This document shows, in pieces, positions 50,608-60,618 of a DNA stretch of 64,000 nucleotides. Made by a program: the position numbers and the translations under genes. Under the pieces are notes generated by a model. It saw nothing but the letters and a program-made list of their open reading frames with translations. It made no database searches and was not told the origin of the DNA. Every line of letters begins with the position of its first letter. Position 1 is the first letter of the stretch. This stretch comes from a virus (lineage: Duplodnaviria; Heunggongvirae; Uroviricota; Caudoviricetes). Location: IMG/VR virus record IMGVR_UViG_3300031133_000383, positions 186,635 to 250,634 of that record; one strand, 5' to 3'.

Positions 50608-51498
50608 ATGTCAAAAGAAATTCGCTTTAAAACTGAAATTGCCTCACTCGATAAATCTCTTATGAAGCAAGTTTCTGAGAAGCGTTCTCGCAAAGAATTT
50701 AAAGATCTGAAGTCTAAGTCAAATGAAATTGTTTATGTTATCCGGTTCAAATCAAGTGAAAAAGATCTTGCGTTTGAAAAATTGGAGCGTGACGTTGATA
50801 TGACTATTCTTAATAGTTCTCGTGGTGAGACAGTTTATATGGTTATTCATAGTCCCGGTGGTAGTGTAACTGCTTACGCAAACGCAGCACAACAAATTCA
50901 GCGTTTGAAGGCTCACGGACTCAAAGTGATTGCCTATGTTGATGAAGTTGCTGCTTCGGGTGGCTATATGATGGCGTCTGTTTGCGATGAAATTGTAGCA
51001 CAACCTTTTGCTTTTGTAGGGTCCATTGGTGTTGTTTCTCAAGTGCCAATTGTTGAAGAAGCCCTTAATAAAATTGGTGTTGATTACAAAGTATATACAG
51101 CAGGAAAGCTAAAGCGTACAGTTGTGCCAACTAAAACGCCTACTGTAGAAGAAGAAATCAATTATAAAGAAAAATTGAATGATATTCATACTGCCTTTAA
51201 AAACCATGTTCTGAAATATCGTCCTTATGTCAATGCAGATAAATTGATGGAAGGTGACTTCTATATGGCTCAAGATGTAGTGGATGCCCGATTGGTAGAC
51301 TCCATTGGCGATAGTCGTAGTGCCATTCTTGCAGCTTTCAAAAAAGGGACCCATTTGTATGAAGTCAAAACAGAAGCAAAAAAAACAGGTGGCGGTCTTG
51401 TCAGTTTTTTTGGTGTAGACTCAGTTCTGGAAATGGCGATTGGTAAGTTTTTCGACCGTATTGTTTCAATGACACATCCTAACGAAAACATCCGTTAA
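50608..51498 (+). CDS. S49-family serine peptidase (SppA / ClpP-fold protease-like)
   Basis: AGGAG SD then ATG 50608. Motifs MVIHSPGGSV, AASGGYMMASVCDEIVAQPFAFVGSIGV. Confidence 0.7.
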   Translation: MSKEIRFKTEIASLDKSLMKQVSEKRSRKEFKDLKSKSNEIVYVIRFKSSEKDLAFEKLERDVDMTILNSSRGETVYMVIHSPGGSVTAYANAAQQIQRLKAHGLKVIAYVDEVAASGGYMMASVCDEIVAQPFAFVGSIGVVSQVPIVEEALNKIGVDYKVYTAGKLKRTVVPTKTPTVEEEINYKEKLNDIHTAFKNHVLKYRPYVNADKLMEGDFYMAQDVVDARLVDSIGDSRSAILAAFKKGTHLYEVKTEAKKTGGGLVSFFGVDSVLEMAIGKFFDRIVSMTHPNENIR

Positions 51499-51519
51499 TA
51501 TTTCTAGTCATTTTGTATA

Positions 51520-51547
51520 AAAAGATCTCGGTAGAGATCTTTTTTCA
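51520..51547 (+). terminator. rho-independent terminator agatctcggtagagatct + T7
   Basis: Perfect 8-bp stem. Confidence 0.75.
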
Positions 51548-51614
51548 TTTTTAATATTTTTGTATTTTTTTAGATAAGTTTATATGTTATAATAATAAAA
51601 AATAGAAAATTTCA

Positions 51615-53480
51615 ATGTTAACAATAAAAGATATAAATATTTTAAAAAATTGCTATGCCACTGAATTAAACAGTTACGAAGATTTTTCACTCAGTCATTA
51701 TTTTGAAAATAAATCCAGTAAAATACGCAAATATGATGCAAGGTTTGACAAATATTTCTCAGGTTTGGACAATCAGTATAATAATAATACAGCATCCTCT
51801 TATATCGTAGATCAATATATGATGAACTTGGAAAAGATCAATAATTACGATTTTAATGATATGAATTCTATTAATGATTTTGTTTCTCAAACTTATTGGC
51901 TGCAGCAATTGATGCAAAATTTTAATAATTTGTGTGCTGGTTCTATTTGTGACGATTTATCAGCTAACTTTGAAGGTTGGCAAAAAATTGCAAAATTAAA
52001 TGAAAAAGATATTTCTATTCAGCTTACTCAATTTCAGCAACTGATTGCAAATATTATTTCAGATGATGTTTTTACGCCTATCATAAGCAAGATTGAAAAA
52101 CTTCTTGATAACATGAGAGACATTAAAAATGATATAAAATATTTTGATGGAAAAGATAATTCATCTTATATGGAAAGTTGTTTTAATTTAAAGAGAAACT
52201 TATCTTTTTTTAAAAAATACTCCAAACAAGATAATATTCTTGATAACTTAATTGCTGAAAGCAAAATCTTTGACCATATAGAATCTTATAAAAAGATAAG
52301 ATTGAGTATAGTAGAAACTTTGCAACAAGACAATTATCAATTTAGCTATTCAGATTCTGATTCTTTTGTTAGATCAATAAATAATTCTAATAATGTAAAA
52401 ACCATACTTCTAGAGCAAACAGAAAGTAGAGTGATTGACGAAATAAAATTTAATCAGGAATATTACGGTATTAATAATCTATATTTATTTAAGGATAGCA
52501 GTATTGCTTTTAAAAATAAACGCAATGAATGGAAGTCTGTTGAATCCATGGAAGAAAGACATTTCCTCATAGAAAGTTTGTTGTGCAGAGAGATGGCTTA
52601 TAAATTGAAAAAAAATCCTACCATTGCTAAGTTATTTATGAAAAAGTTAAAGGAAAATCCACTTGATTGTCAAAAAGCTTTTACCACTGCAGATACTTAT
52701 ATTGCTAATGAAGCTATATTAAAATCTAAAGATTATAATTTATTAGAAGAAATCAGGGATCATATGTTTGAAGATTTAGATGATTCAATGAATTCATTTA
52801 TTCGCAAACATAATATTGAGCACTATGGATTCAGTATAGCCAGCAAGAAATATAAAGAACTTTACAATGAAAAATCATTTCAAATAATAGGGATGCTTTA
52901 TGATTTAAAAGTGCCATCCACTGAGCTACAAGAGAGCTTGGGTAGAAAACTTGCTTCATTCAAAAATACTAATGATTTTAATAAAGCATTAAGATCGCTT
53001 TACATGATTCACAGCAGCTTCAATAATGAATCAGTTGCGGCTAAGGCTCGTATCAATAATGCCGAAATTATAAAAAATAAAGATAATATTTTAATTATTA
53101 AAATAGACAATTTTTTACAAAGTGCAGCAATTGGAAGTAGTGCTTGGTGTATATCAAGGAATGAAGTCTATTTTAAAAGTTATACAAAAGAAGCTCAGCA
53201 GTATTTTGTATACGATTTTAACAAAGATCCTACTGATAATGATTCTATCGTTGGTGTGACATTGAGATCTGATGGTAGTCACAGTGCTGCTCATTTCAAA
53301 AATGACGATGTATTGAACAATAATGACGTGTTTAAAAGTTATCAATTAGATATTTTGAGACATGATTTAAAAAGTTATAAAAATCTAGATAAAGAGTTAA
53401 AGATACAAATTGATAATTCCACAAAAATTATAAAAAAAAGTTTATTTCAAGAGTTGAAATCAAAATTCTTGAATCTTTGA
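51615..53480 (+). CDS. large Asn-rich hypothetical protein (621 aa)
   Basis: Long ORF, low-complexity N/K/D-rich. Confidence 0.6.
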   Translation: MLTIKDINILKNCYATELNSYEDFSLSHYFENKSSKIRKYDARFDKYFSGLDNQYNNNTASSYIVDQYMMNLEKINNYDFNDMNSINDFVSQTYWLQQLMQNFNNLCAGSICDDLSANFEGWQKIAKLNEKDISIQLTQFQQLIANIISDDVFTPIISKIEKLLDNMRDIKNDIKYFDGKDNSSYMESCFNLKRNLSFFKKYSKQDNILDNLIAESKIFDHIESYKKIRLSIVETLQQDNYQFSYSDSDSFVRSINNSNNVKTILLEQTESRVIDEIKFNQEYYGINNLYLFKDSSIAFKNKRNEWKSVESMEERHFLIESLLCREMAYKLKKNPTIAKLFMKKLKENPLDCQKAFTTADTYIANEAILKSKDYNLLEEIRDHMFEDLDDSMNSFIRKHNIEHYGFSIASKKYKELYNEKSFQIIGMLYDLKVPSTELQESLGRKLASFKNTNDFNKALRSLYMIHSSFNNESVAAKARINNAEIIKNKDNILIIKIDNFLQSAAIGSSAWCISRNEVYFKSYTKEAQQYFVYDFNKDPTDNDSIVGVTLRSDGSHSAAHFKNDDVLNNNDVFKSYQLDILRHDLKSYKNLDKELKIQIDNSTKIIKKSLFQELKSKFLNL

Positions 53481-53532
53481 TATTCTTTTAAAAAATCTAA
53501 TTGATATTAATTCAATCTTAAAAAAACACTCT

Positions 53533-54597
53533 TTACGGAGTATTTTTATTTCTTTTTTTAATGCTTGCTTTATTTTTAATTGTATTACTTTTTAATATAT
53601 AATAATTTTGACCATCAATAACAACTTCTTGTATTTGTGAGGGATGATCTTTTTTAATTTTCTGCCACAATCCTTTTGCACTAGGTGATTGCAACGATGA
53701 ACTTCTAAATACCATATTTTTGTTCGCATAATGTTCGGCCATTCTTAAATACATTTGAGAGCCTATTCCTCTACCTTTAAATTCATCACTTATGTTTGAA
53801 TAATCAATTGTTGCTATTTCGTTAAATAATTTCAAATCTGTCTTTATTTCTTTGTATTTTTGTTTTAGTTCATTTATTTTAAGATTGAATATAATATCGC
53901 AGTTATGCTGGTCAAATTTAATATCATTGTCTTCTAGATAAGAAGCTTTTTCATCTTGTTTAATATTATTTTTTATTTGTATTTGGTAATCTCTTCCTAA
54001 CAATTCTTGTATAATTTTATCACTGGTGTATTTAGTTTTTAAGTAACCAATTTGCATACCATTTTTATACAGTCTCAATTCGTCTAATAACAGTAATGAA
54101 CCCAGCGTCATATCACTATTTTCAATAATCTTGTAAGTGAATTCTTCACCTTCCTTTGAATAGATAAAACCTTGTTCTTTGAGATTGCAAAAACCTGCCA
54201 TTAGCGTACTGGCTTCTTCTAGCTTTTCTTTATTTAATTTTCCAAAAACACTTTCGAACTCAACTTCATTTAGTGTTTGAATTTTTATATTTGTTATTTG
54301 ATCATTCTTATAATTAAAATTTGGGTTGAGCACATATGAACTTGTCAATGATGTTTTATTACCGCTAATATCAATAAAACTGTCATGAATTCTGTGGTCA
54401 TTTATATTTGAAACTTTTCGTTGTTTAATAATTGCTTTTTTATGTTCCTGCCCATCACGATTAAAGGTTACAACACACATCTCAGCATTTTCAACTTCCT
54501 TCACTTTTTGGTAATAGGCCCATGTGAATTCAGCATGATATTCTTCAATAAATTCATTTTTTACCTTATCGCTTATATACTCTTTTTTTAAATACAT
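53533..54597 (-). CDS. hypothetical protein with C-terminal GNAT acetyltransferase-like domain
   Basis: Motif FKGRGIGSQMYLRMAEHYA (GNAT motif A-like) near C-terminus. Confidence 0.5.
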   Translation of the reverse strand: MYLKKEYISDKVKNEFIEEYHAEFTWAYYQKVKEVENAEMCVVTFNRDGQEHKKAIIKQRKVSNINDHRIHDSFIDISGNKTSLTSSYVLNPNFNYKNDQITNIKIQTLNEVEFESVFGKLNKEKLEEASTLMAGFCNLKEQGFIYSKEGEEFTYKIIENSDMTLGSLLLLDELRLYKNGMQIGYLKTKYTSDKIIQELLGRDYQIQIKNNIKQDEKASYLEDNDIKFDQHNCDIIFNLKINELKQKYKEIKTDLKLFNEIATIDYSNISDEFKGRGIGSQMYLRMAEHYANKNMVFRSSSLQSPSAKGLWQKIKKDHPSQIQEVVIDGQNYYILKSNTIKNKASIKKRNKNTP

Positions 54598-54743
54598 GTA
54601 TGTTTCAATAGTTGTTTCTTTTATTATATCATATTACTCTTTATTTTAAATGATTATCAATTATTTTATCTTGCTAATCTTTTAATTTGGTATTTTTGAT
54701 ATAAAATAAAGGATAGGTTAAATCATTGATAAGGATAAATCAT

Positions 54744-55133
54744 ATGAAGCAGCATTATGTATTAGGTATTTCTATAAATAAAGAAAGAACACAAGTCTTA
54801 TTGATTAAAAAAACTAAGCCTGCGTGGCAACTGGGGTTAGTGAATGCAATTGGTGGTAAAATAGAAGCTGGTGAGACACCTCTCCAAGCCATGGTTAGAG
54901 AGTATAAAGAAGAAACTGATTTGGATACTGTTGAGCAACAATGGACTGAGTTGGTGGTACAGGAAAATGAATATTTTAAAATGTTTGTTTTCTATATGAT
55001 AGACGATTGTATCCACAATGCAGTGACTACAACAGAAGAAGAAGTTTTTGTACACGATATAGATATTGATTATCTAAAGTATAACGGCGTAGACAACCTT
55101 TACTTATTGGTAAGCGAAGTATTGTATACTTAA
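54744..55133 (+). CDS. Nudix hydrolase
   Basis: Nudix box GGKIEAGETPLQAMVREYKEETDL. AAGGA SD. Confidence 0.75.
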   Translation: MKQHYVLGISINKERTQVLLIKKTKPAWQLGLVNAIGGKIEAGETPLQAMVREYKEETDLDTVEQQWTELVVQENEYFKMFVFYMIDDCIHNAVTTTEEEVFVHDIDIDYLKYNGVDNLYLLVSEVLYT

Positions 55134-55191
55134 ATCTTTGTTTTAATTATTTCATTTTATGTTACAATACTAAAAAACATTGGATTTCATC

Positions 55192-55770
55192 ATGCTAAAA
55201 AAAATAGAAGATTCCCAGCTTGATCAACTCAATCAAAAAGGATTGTCTGATTTGAATGTTTTGCATCAGGTATTCAAGATAAACCAAACTATGCAACAAT
55301 CTGATAGCGAAAGAATCAGAAATTATGCTCAAAACTATTACAATGACTTGAAGGTGTTTGTGTTGAGAAGAGATTTTATTGATTTATATCCTAAGTTTTC
55401 AATGATAGAAAAAGGTTGGCTGGATGATTTTAAATCTGCATCTTCAACGGCACTGCATCTAAAGGATAGTCAAATAGAATCTTCACTATCAACCAAACAT
55501 AATAAAACAGTTGAAGATTTTCAAAAAGCTATGCAACAGTTGGGTATTATTTCAGGTATTGCCGATTTGTCATCTATTGAAAAAAATAAAGTGAGTCAGA
55601 ATGAATTTGTCAATCAGAAGACAGTTTATAATTTGATGTTTGCTACTGCATTAAAGGAAAATGCTCATTTAGTTAGTTTTTCGATAATTGAAGACCAACC
55701 TATTGCTTCCAATGACATATTAAATACTAAAAATTTAAAAGCTGAAAAAATTTGGAGACCAACTATTTAA
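55192..55770 (+). CDS. hypothetical protein
   Basis: ORF. TGTTACAAT -10 upstream. Confidence 0.45.
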   Translation: MLKKIEDSQLDQLNQKGLSDLNVLHQVFKINQTMQQSDSERIRNYAQNYYNDLKVFVLRRDFIDLYPKFSMIEKGWLDDFKSASSTALHLKDSQIESSLSTKHNKTVEDFQKAMQQLGIISGIADLSSIEKNKVSQNEFVNQKTVYNLMFATALKENAHLVSFSIIEDQPIASNDILNTKNLKAEKIWRPTI

Positions 55771-55829
55771 ATTAAATCTTGACTATTTTTGTCGATTTGA
55801 TATTATCTGCTTAAATTGGAGATAATCAT

Positions 55830-56219
55830 ATGTCTGTACTTATCAATAAAACGCATGCGTCTTTTTTAAAAGCAGTATTAAAAAACCATATTAAGCGTAT
55901 ACTTGTTCCTTCTATCAATGAACTTGAACATCTAGACAATAATTTATTATCATCTAGTTTGCTGGTTCATACTAAAAATTCTATCAAATCTATAGAACAA
56001 TTGTGTCATAAGTTGGCTGGTTATAAGTTAACTCCTGAACCACTGTTACTACATCCTAATCAAAAAAAATTGTTGGCCGCTGCTTATCAAGGGTATGTCG
56101 ATAGATGTAGTACTCGTTCTAAATACCTTGCATCTGTTATTTCTGAAATCAATATTGACTCAAACGTTGTATATGCAAAACCTCATTATCAGGAGATGAT
56201 GGAAGAGATTTTAAAATAA
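55830..56219 (+). CDS. hypothetical protein
   Basis: GGAGA SD. Confidence 0.5.
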   Translation: MSVLINKTHASFLKAVLKNHIKRILVPSINELEHLDNNLLSSSLLVHTKNSIKSIEQLCHKLAGYKLTPEPLLLHPNQKKLLAAAYQGYVDRCSTRSKYLASVISEINIDSNVVYAKPHYQEMMEEILK

Positions 56220-56222
56220 TTG

Positions 56223-56251
56223 TTGACCGAAAGTGCATGATTTGCTATACT
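56223..56251 (+). promoter_or_regulatory. sigma70 promoter TTGACC-17-TATACT (TG-extended), followed by ~160-nt leader before tyrS
   Basis: Canonical spacing. Confidence 0.5.
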
Positions 56252-56415
56252 TTCATAAAATCAGACGCATTAAGGAATACCTACATGAAAGCTACATTTC
56301 ACTTCCAGAAGTCATTTACTGTTCGATATTGAACTTTCTCCATACTATTGCTTTTTATAGGCAATACATCTTTTTCTGAAAAATCCAACTTCAAAACTTC
56401 TATGGAGAAATCGTA

Positions 56416-57675
56416 ATGCATATTTTTATTAAAGAACTAAAAGACCGTAATCTTATTTCACAAATGACTGATGAAAATAAAATTTCAATTTTGTTAGACA
56501 AGGGTGTTTCGTTATACTGTGGTTTTGATCCAACGGCTGATTCATTACATGTGGGTAGTTTATTACCACTAATCACCATGCTTCGTTTTAAGCGGGCTGG
56601 TCATCGTGTATTCCCCTTGATTGGTGGAGCAACAGGTATGATTGGTGATCCTAGCTTCAAAGCTCAGGAACGTAGTCTTAATGATGTTGATACTGTAAAT
56701 CGGTTTAAATCAGGTATTGCTGCCCAAATTAAAGCAATTCTTGGGGATGTAGAACTGGTTGACAATCATGATTGGACAGCAAACCTTTCAGTTATTGATT
56801 TTTTGCGAGAAGTAGGGAAACATTTCTCAGTGAACAGTATGTTGAATAAAGAATCTGTACGCAGTCGCTTGGATCGTGATGATCAGGGTATTTCTTTTAC
56901 TGAATTCTCATACCAGTTACTGCAGTCCATGGATTTTCATCATTTGTTTAAATCAAAAGGGTGCCAACTGCAGTTGGGCGGTAGCGATCAGTGGGGAAAC
57001 ATTACGGCAGGCATTGATTTGATCCATCGTAAGGAAGGCAATGATGCTGTGGCAACTGGTTTGACTATGCCATTGTTGGTAAAATCGGACGGTACTAAAT
57101 TTGGTAAAAGTGAAAGTGGTGCAGTATGGCTAGCTCCTGATAAAACTTCGGCTTTTGACTTCTTCCAGTTTTGGTTAAAAGTGGCCGATGCTGATATTCC
57201 AAAGTTTTTCAAGATGCTTTCCTTTAGAAGTATTGAAGATATTGATTGTATCCTCGAAGCTGATAAGAATCGTGTAAAACCAGTAGCTCAACAATTGCTT
57301 GCCGAAGAATTAACTGCTTTGATTCATGGTCAAGACGCATTGGATGCAGTTCTTCGAAATAATCAGGCTTTGTTTGACAACAACTTTGACAGCTTACATG
57401 AAAACGATTTTCACATGTTGGTAAAAAACGGTATGAAGTTGATGAAAACACAGGAAAATAACTTATTAGAACTCCTAGTCGCTTCTGGTTTGTCTAAATC
57501 AAAACGTCAAGGTAGAGAGTTTATTCAAAATGGAGCAGTACAGATTAATGGACGAAAAGTCAAAATTGATGAAAATGACATGAACTCTGCCATTATTGAA
57601 GACTTTAAATTTGGTCAGTTTGCTGTACTGCAACGAGGAAAACGAGAATTTATTCTCATTGAAAAGCCCGCTTGA
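56416..57675 (+). CDS. tyrS: tyrosyl-tRNA synthetase
   Basis: YCGFDPTADSLHVGSLLPL (HIGH region), KFGKS (KMSKS), C-terminal S4-like domain. 419 aa. Confidence 0.95.
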   Translation: MHIFIKELKDRNLISQMTDENKISILLDKGVSLYCGFDPTADSLHVGSLLPLITMLRFKRAGHRVFPLIGGATGMIGDPSFKAQERSLNDVDTVNRFKSGIAAQIKAILGDVELVDNHDWTANLSVIDFLREVGKHFSVNSMLNKESVRSRLDRDDQGISFTEFSYQLLQSMDFHHLFKSKGCQLQLGGSDQWGNITAGIDLIHRKEGNDAVATGLTMPLLVKSDGTKFGKSESGAVWLAPDKTSAFDFFQFWLKVADADIPKFFKMLSFRSIEDIDCILEADKNRVKPVAQQLLAEELTALIHGQDALDAVLRNNQALFDNNFDSLHENDFHMLVKNGMKLMKTQENNLLELLVASGLSKSKRQGREFIQNGAVQINGRKVKIDENDMNSAIIEDFKFGQFAVLQRGKREFILIEKPA

Positions 57676-57689
57676 TGCGGGTTTTTTTA
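57664..57689. terminator. bidirectional terminator cccgcttgatgcggg flanked by A4/T7
   Basis: Between convergent tyrS and 57687-58106. Confidence 0.75.
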
Positions 57690-58106
57690 TTGTTTTTGAG
57701 TGCCTGTTTCAAAACGACTATCAAATTGATTGGTAGACAATCTCTTTTCAATAACAACATCTCCTACGTCTCGATAAATACCTTGAGTATTGACCTCTTG
57801 ATTCTGTACCATTCGATATTGTTCAACACTGCAATCATAAGCAAATTGACGAAATATCTTTCCTTCCGGTATAGTACTTGCTTCTGGTTTCCAGACGTTG
57901 CATTTAAAATCAGATGAATCATACCATTCTGAAACTAAGGGTGTTTCCTGTTTCCAATCACTACTTTCTATTATAGTGGGTAACGAGGAATTTAAAGAAG
58001 CCTTTTGTGTATTGAATTTTGATATGTCGTCCAAGGAATAAAAGACTATAATCGAAAAACTACAAGCTACAATAAAGATAATAAATAACATTGTTTTATT
58101 TCCCAT
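57687..58106 (-). CDS. secreted single-module relative of the 36048-40198 repeat-protein family
   Basis: AAGGATA SD. Signal/TM MGNKTMLFIIFIVACSFSIIVF. SEWYDSSDFKCNVWKPEASTIPEGKIFRQFAYDCSVEQYRM matches module pattern TEW..VG.PYNC..P.E.T..EG..YTK.F..C.Q.Q.R. Confidence 0.55.
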   Translation of the reverse strand: MGNKTMLFIIFIVACSFSIIVFYSLDDISKFNTQKASLNSSLPTIIESSDWKQETPLVSEWYDSSDFKCNVWKPEASTIPEGKIFRQFAYDCSVEQYRMVQNQEVNTQGIYRDVGDVVIEKRLSTNQFDSRFETGTQKQ

Positions 58107-58254
58107 CACTTTATCCTTCAAGATTGATTTATTTGCTATATTAATACAAATTTAGAAAAAATCAATTTTATAAGTTAACTTTTTGCTTTTGACAAAATGA
58201 ATTAACTTTGGTAGACTTATGATGTATTTTAGGAAAATTAATGAGGATCAAGAA

Positions 58255-58425
58255 ATGGTTAAAGTTAGTGAAGTAAAAAAAGGTGATACCTTGATTTATG
58301 ACAAATCGTTTAAGGTCACTTTTCTGCGAGTTGAAGGCGATAAGGTTATTATTAAAGATCCTGTGTTGGGTGAACTAAAAGTACTTGTGGACATTTTTGA
58401 GAAGCATTATTCTTTTATTGATTAA
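58255..58425 (+). CDS. small hypothetical protein (alt start 58219)
   Basis: GAGGA SD before ATG 58255. Confidence 0.35.
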   Translation: MVKVSEVKKGDTLIYDKSFKVTFLRVEGDKVIIKDPVLGELKVLVDIFEKHYSFID

Positions 58426-58437
58426 TTGAGGTTTCAG

Positions 58438-58812
58438 ATGATTCTTTTGAACAAATTCAATAAACTTTTCAGATGGGAAGCGGGTAGACAAATAAGTGGC
58501 TACAGTAAATTGAAGCTATTAACAGGTGGTTTTCCTGTTCCTTTTGATCTCTATTTATTAAAGTTTCCAGAAGGTTCCAAGATTGCTGAGCATGTGGATA
58601 TCGTTGATAAAGAATTTAATCATTATCGAATTAATATTATTCTAAAGAAATCAAAAATGGGCGGTGAATTTTTAGCTGAACATTCTATTATTGATTGGGA
58701 TCGCTTAAAATTTTTTAGACCGGATATTGTTAAGCATTCTGTGACTAAAGTGGTTGGTGGTTCAAGATATGTGCTTAGTATTGGATTTTTGTTAAAAAAG
58801 AGAGGACTCTAA
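58438..58812 (+). CDS. putative small 2OG-Fe(II) oxygenase-fold protein
   Basis: HVD…(48 aa)…H…RYVLS spacing typical of HxD…H…RxS. GAGG SD. Confidence 0.4.
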   Translation: MILLNKFNKLFRWEAGRQISGYSKLKLLTGGFPVPFDLYLLKFPEGSKIAEHVDIVDKEFNHYRINIILKKSKMGGEFLAEHSIIDWDRLKFFRPDIVKHSVTKVVGGSRYVLSIGFLLKKRGL

Positions 58813-58813
58813 T

Positions 58814-59077
58814 ATGGCTGTTGCTTGCTGCCGATTTTGTTATCAGAAATATATAGAAGAAGACAACTCATTAGATCGTGAGTTTATCAAAAATAATATT
58901 TTTTCTAATTATTCCATATTAAGACAGCCAACATCCATTAATATAAAGATTAAATTAGATGAAGATATTAAAGTACCTTTGCCTATTGGCGAAAATATCA
59001 CATTATCTGTGGATGGACAATTGCATGAAATATGTACATGTCTCTGTCACATTAAAGGCTGTAATGTAAGACACTGA
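58814..59077 (+). CDS. small Cys-rich protein (paralog A)
   Basis: ACCRFCY…CTCLCHIKGCNVRH. GAGAGGA SD. Confidence 0.55.
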   Translation: MAVACCRFCYQKYIEEDNSLDREFIKNNIFSNYSILRQPTSINIKIKLDEDIKVPLPIGENITLSVDGQLHEICTCLCHIKGCNVRH

Positions 59078-59091
59078 TTAGGAGAAATAGT

Positions 59092-59349
59092 ATGGTGATG
59101 GCTTGTTGTGAACGTTGTTATGAACATTATATTGAGCAAGATAACTCTGTTAATACTGAGTTTCTAGAAAAGAATTTTGGAGTGGAATATACAATTATCA
59201 CTCAGGAAATTGAAGATAAGTCGTTTGTACAAATGGCTAAAAAATTAAAACAGCCTATTCCTATGGATACATTTGTTGTAGTCAATGGCACAAAATATAG
59301 TTTGTGTATGTGTAGTTGTCACGTTAAAGGTAGTCACGTTTTTCACTGA
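59092..59349 (+). CDS. small Cys-rich protein (paralog B)
   Basis: ACCERCY…CMCSCHVKGSHVFH. AGGAG SD. About 35% identical to paralog A. Confidence 0.55.
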   Translation: MVMACCERCYEHYIEQDNSVNTEFLEKNFGVEYTIITQEIEDKSFVQMAKKLKQPIPMDTFVVVNGTKYSLCMCSCHVKGSHVFH

Positions 59350-59471
59350 CGTAATATACTTACGTTAATAAATTACCGGGTCTTACCACAAGATCTCTTA
59401 AACGCGATAATTTAAATAGATTTTATTTTTCAGCAGTTGTACTTTCATAATTATAAGTAAGAGGACACTCC

Positions 59472-60263
59472 ATGATTGATTTACAGAAAGAACTTGTTAA
59501 ACATGCTATGATATTTGATAAAAAAACTCTGGCAGAACGGATTACGAAATTGTCAGAAGAACAAGGTGAATTGGCAGAAGCTATTGTCAATAATAATTTT
59601 CCAGAAATTCTAGAAGAATCGGTAGATAACTTGCTGGTTTCACTTTCTGTTTACCTTGATTTGGATGGAGAGATTGATGTTGCCCAAAAAGCAGTGAGTG
59701 ATGGTTTTAAGAAAGGGTTTAAGCCTGTTAATAATTTTCTTTATAATTTTGCGTTACTTTCAATAGCTATAGGACAAATGGCTGAGAGTTGCCAAAAGTA
59801 TTCAATAATATCTACAAGTACTTATAAAGGTAAATCCACAAAAGAAGAGGTTCTTTCAAGTGTCATGAAGGTTGTTGTTCAATCAGCTTTTATTATTGGC
59901 ATGTGTACCACTGATTATGATACTGTCAATGAAACTATATGTATAAAAAATAGTAAATGGAAAAAACACGCAATTGCAGGTTATCTTTCTGCTGCTGGCA
60001 ATAAAATAATTCCTTTTGCCAATGACAAACAATTTGTGCAGTCATTTAGGCGTTATGTTAGAGACAATAAAAACTTATCTGCTCATTTTATTGATTTTAC
60101 GGTTATTGAAGATCGATTATATGATCCAGCTATTATTGAAGAAATTCTTTTATTGGAAGACTCTGATAAAAACACTATTGTCATCTTGGAAAATGTTCCG
60201 TCCTTTATGGCCGATAGTTTAGTGAAAGTTCAAACTTCCTTTAAATTAATTTGTATTACTTAA
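59472..60263 (+). CDS. hypothetical protein
   Basis: 263 aa, AGAGGA SD. Confidence 0.55.
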   Translation: MIDLQKELVKHAMIFDKKTLAERITKLSEEQGELAEAIVNNNFPEILEESVDNLLVSLSVYLDLDGEIDVAQKAVSDGFKKGFKPVNNFLYNFALLSIAIGQMAESCQKYSIISTSTYKGKSTKEEVLSSVMKVVVQSAFIIGMCTTDYDTVNETICIKNSKWKKHAIAGYLSAAGNKIIPFANDKQFVQSFRRYVRDNKNLSAHFIDFTVIEDRLYDPAIIEEILLLEDSDKNTIVILENVPSFMADSLVKVQTSFKLICIT

Positions 60264-60276
60264 AAGAGACTATTAA

Positions 60277-60558
60277 ATGAATAGTTTCTTTGTGGCTATA
60301 TTCATGAGTATTATGGTATGTAATCTAATTGTTTTTTTCAAGGTTTTTGAAGAGTATATATCACGAACATCTTGCTATATTTTGGTAATATATTATTTTT
60401 TAAATGTGGTGCTAGCTATCTTGCCAGCCGTTCTAGCGATGAAAGGCAGCTTATCATTTTGGTCATTTTCTTTATGTTCTTTGAACAGTGCTTTATGTAT
60501 TATTCTTACTGCTTACATTATAGGGAAATACTGTGCTGATAATCCTCAAAAAACTTGA
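60277..60558 (+). CDS. small membrane protein
   Basis: 93 aa, 3 hydrophobic segments. Confidence 0.5.
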   Translation: MNSFFVAIFMSIMVCNLIVFFKVFEEYISRTSCYILVIYYFLNVVLAILPAVLAMKGSLSFWSFSLCSLNSALCIILTAYIIGKYCADNPQKT

Positions 60559-60618
60559 TTGAACAGTATAAATATGATACAATGTTGTTGATATTTATAC
60601 TTGAATATGGAATCCAAC

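Noticed and set aside
56252-56415. T-box riboswitch in tyrS leader
   Set aside because: No T-box consensus (AATTAGGGTGGNACCGCG) and no specifier-loop/antiterminator arrangement is visible. Kept only as a long-leader observation.
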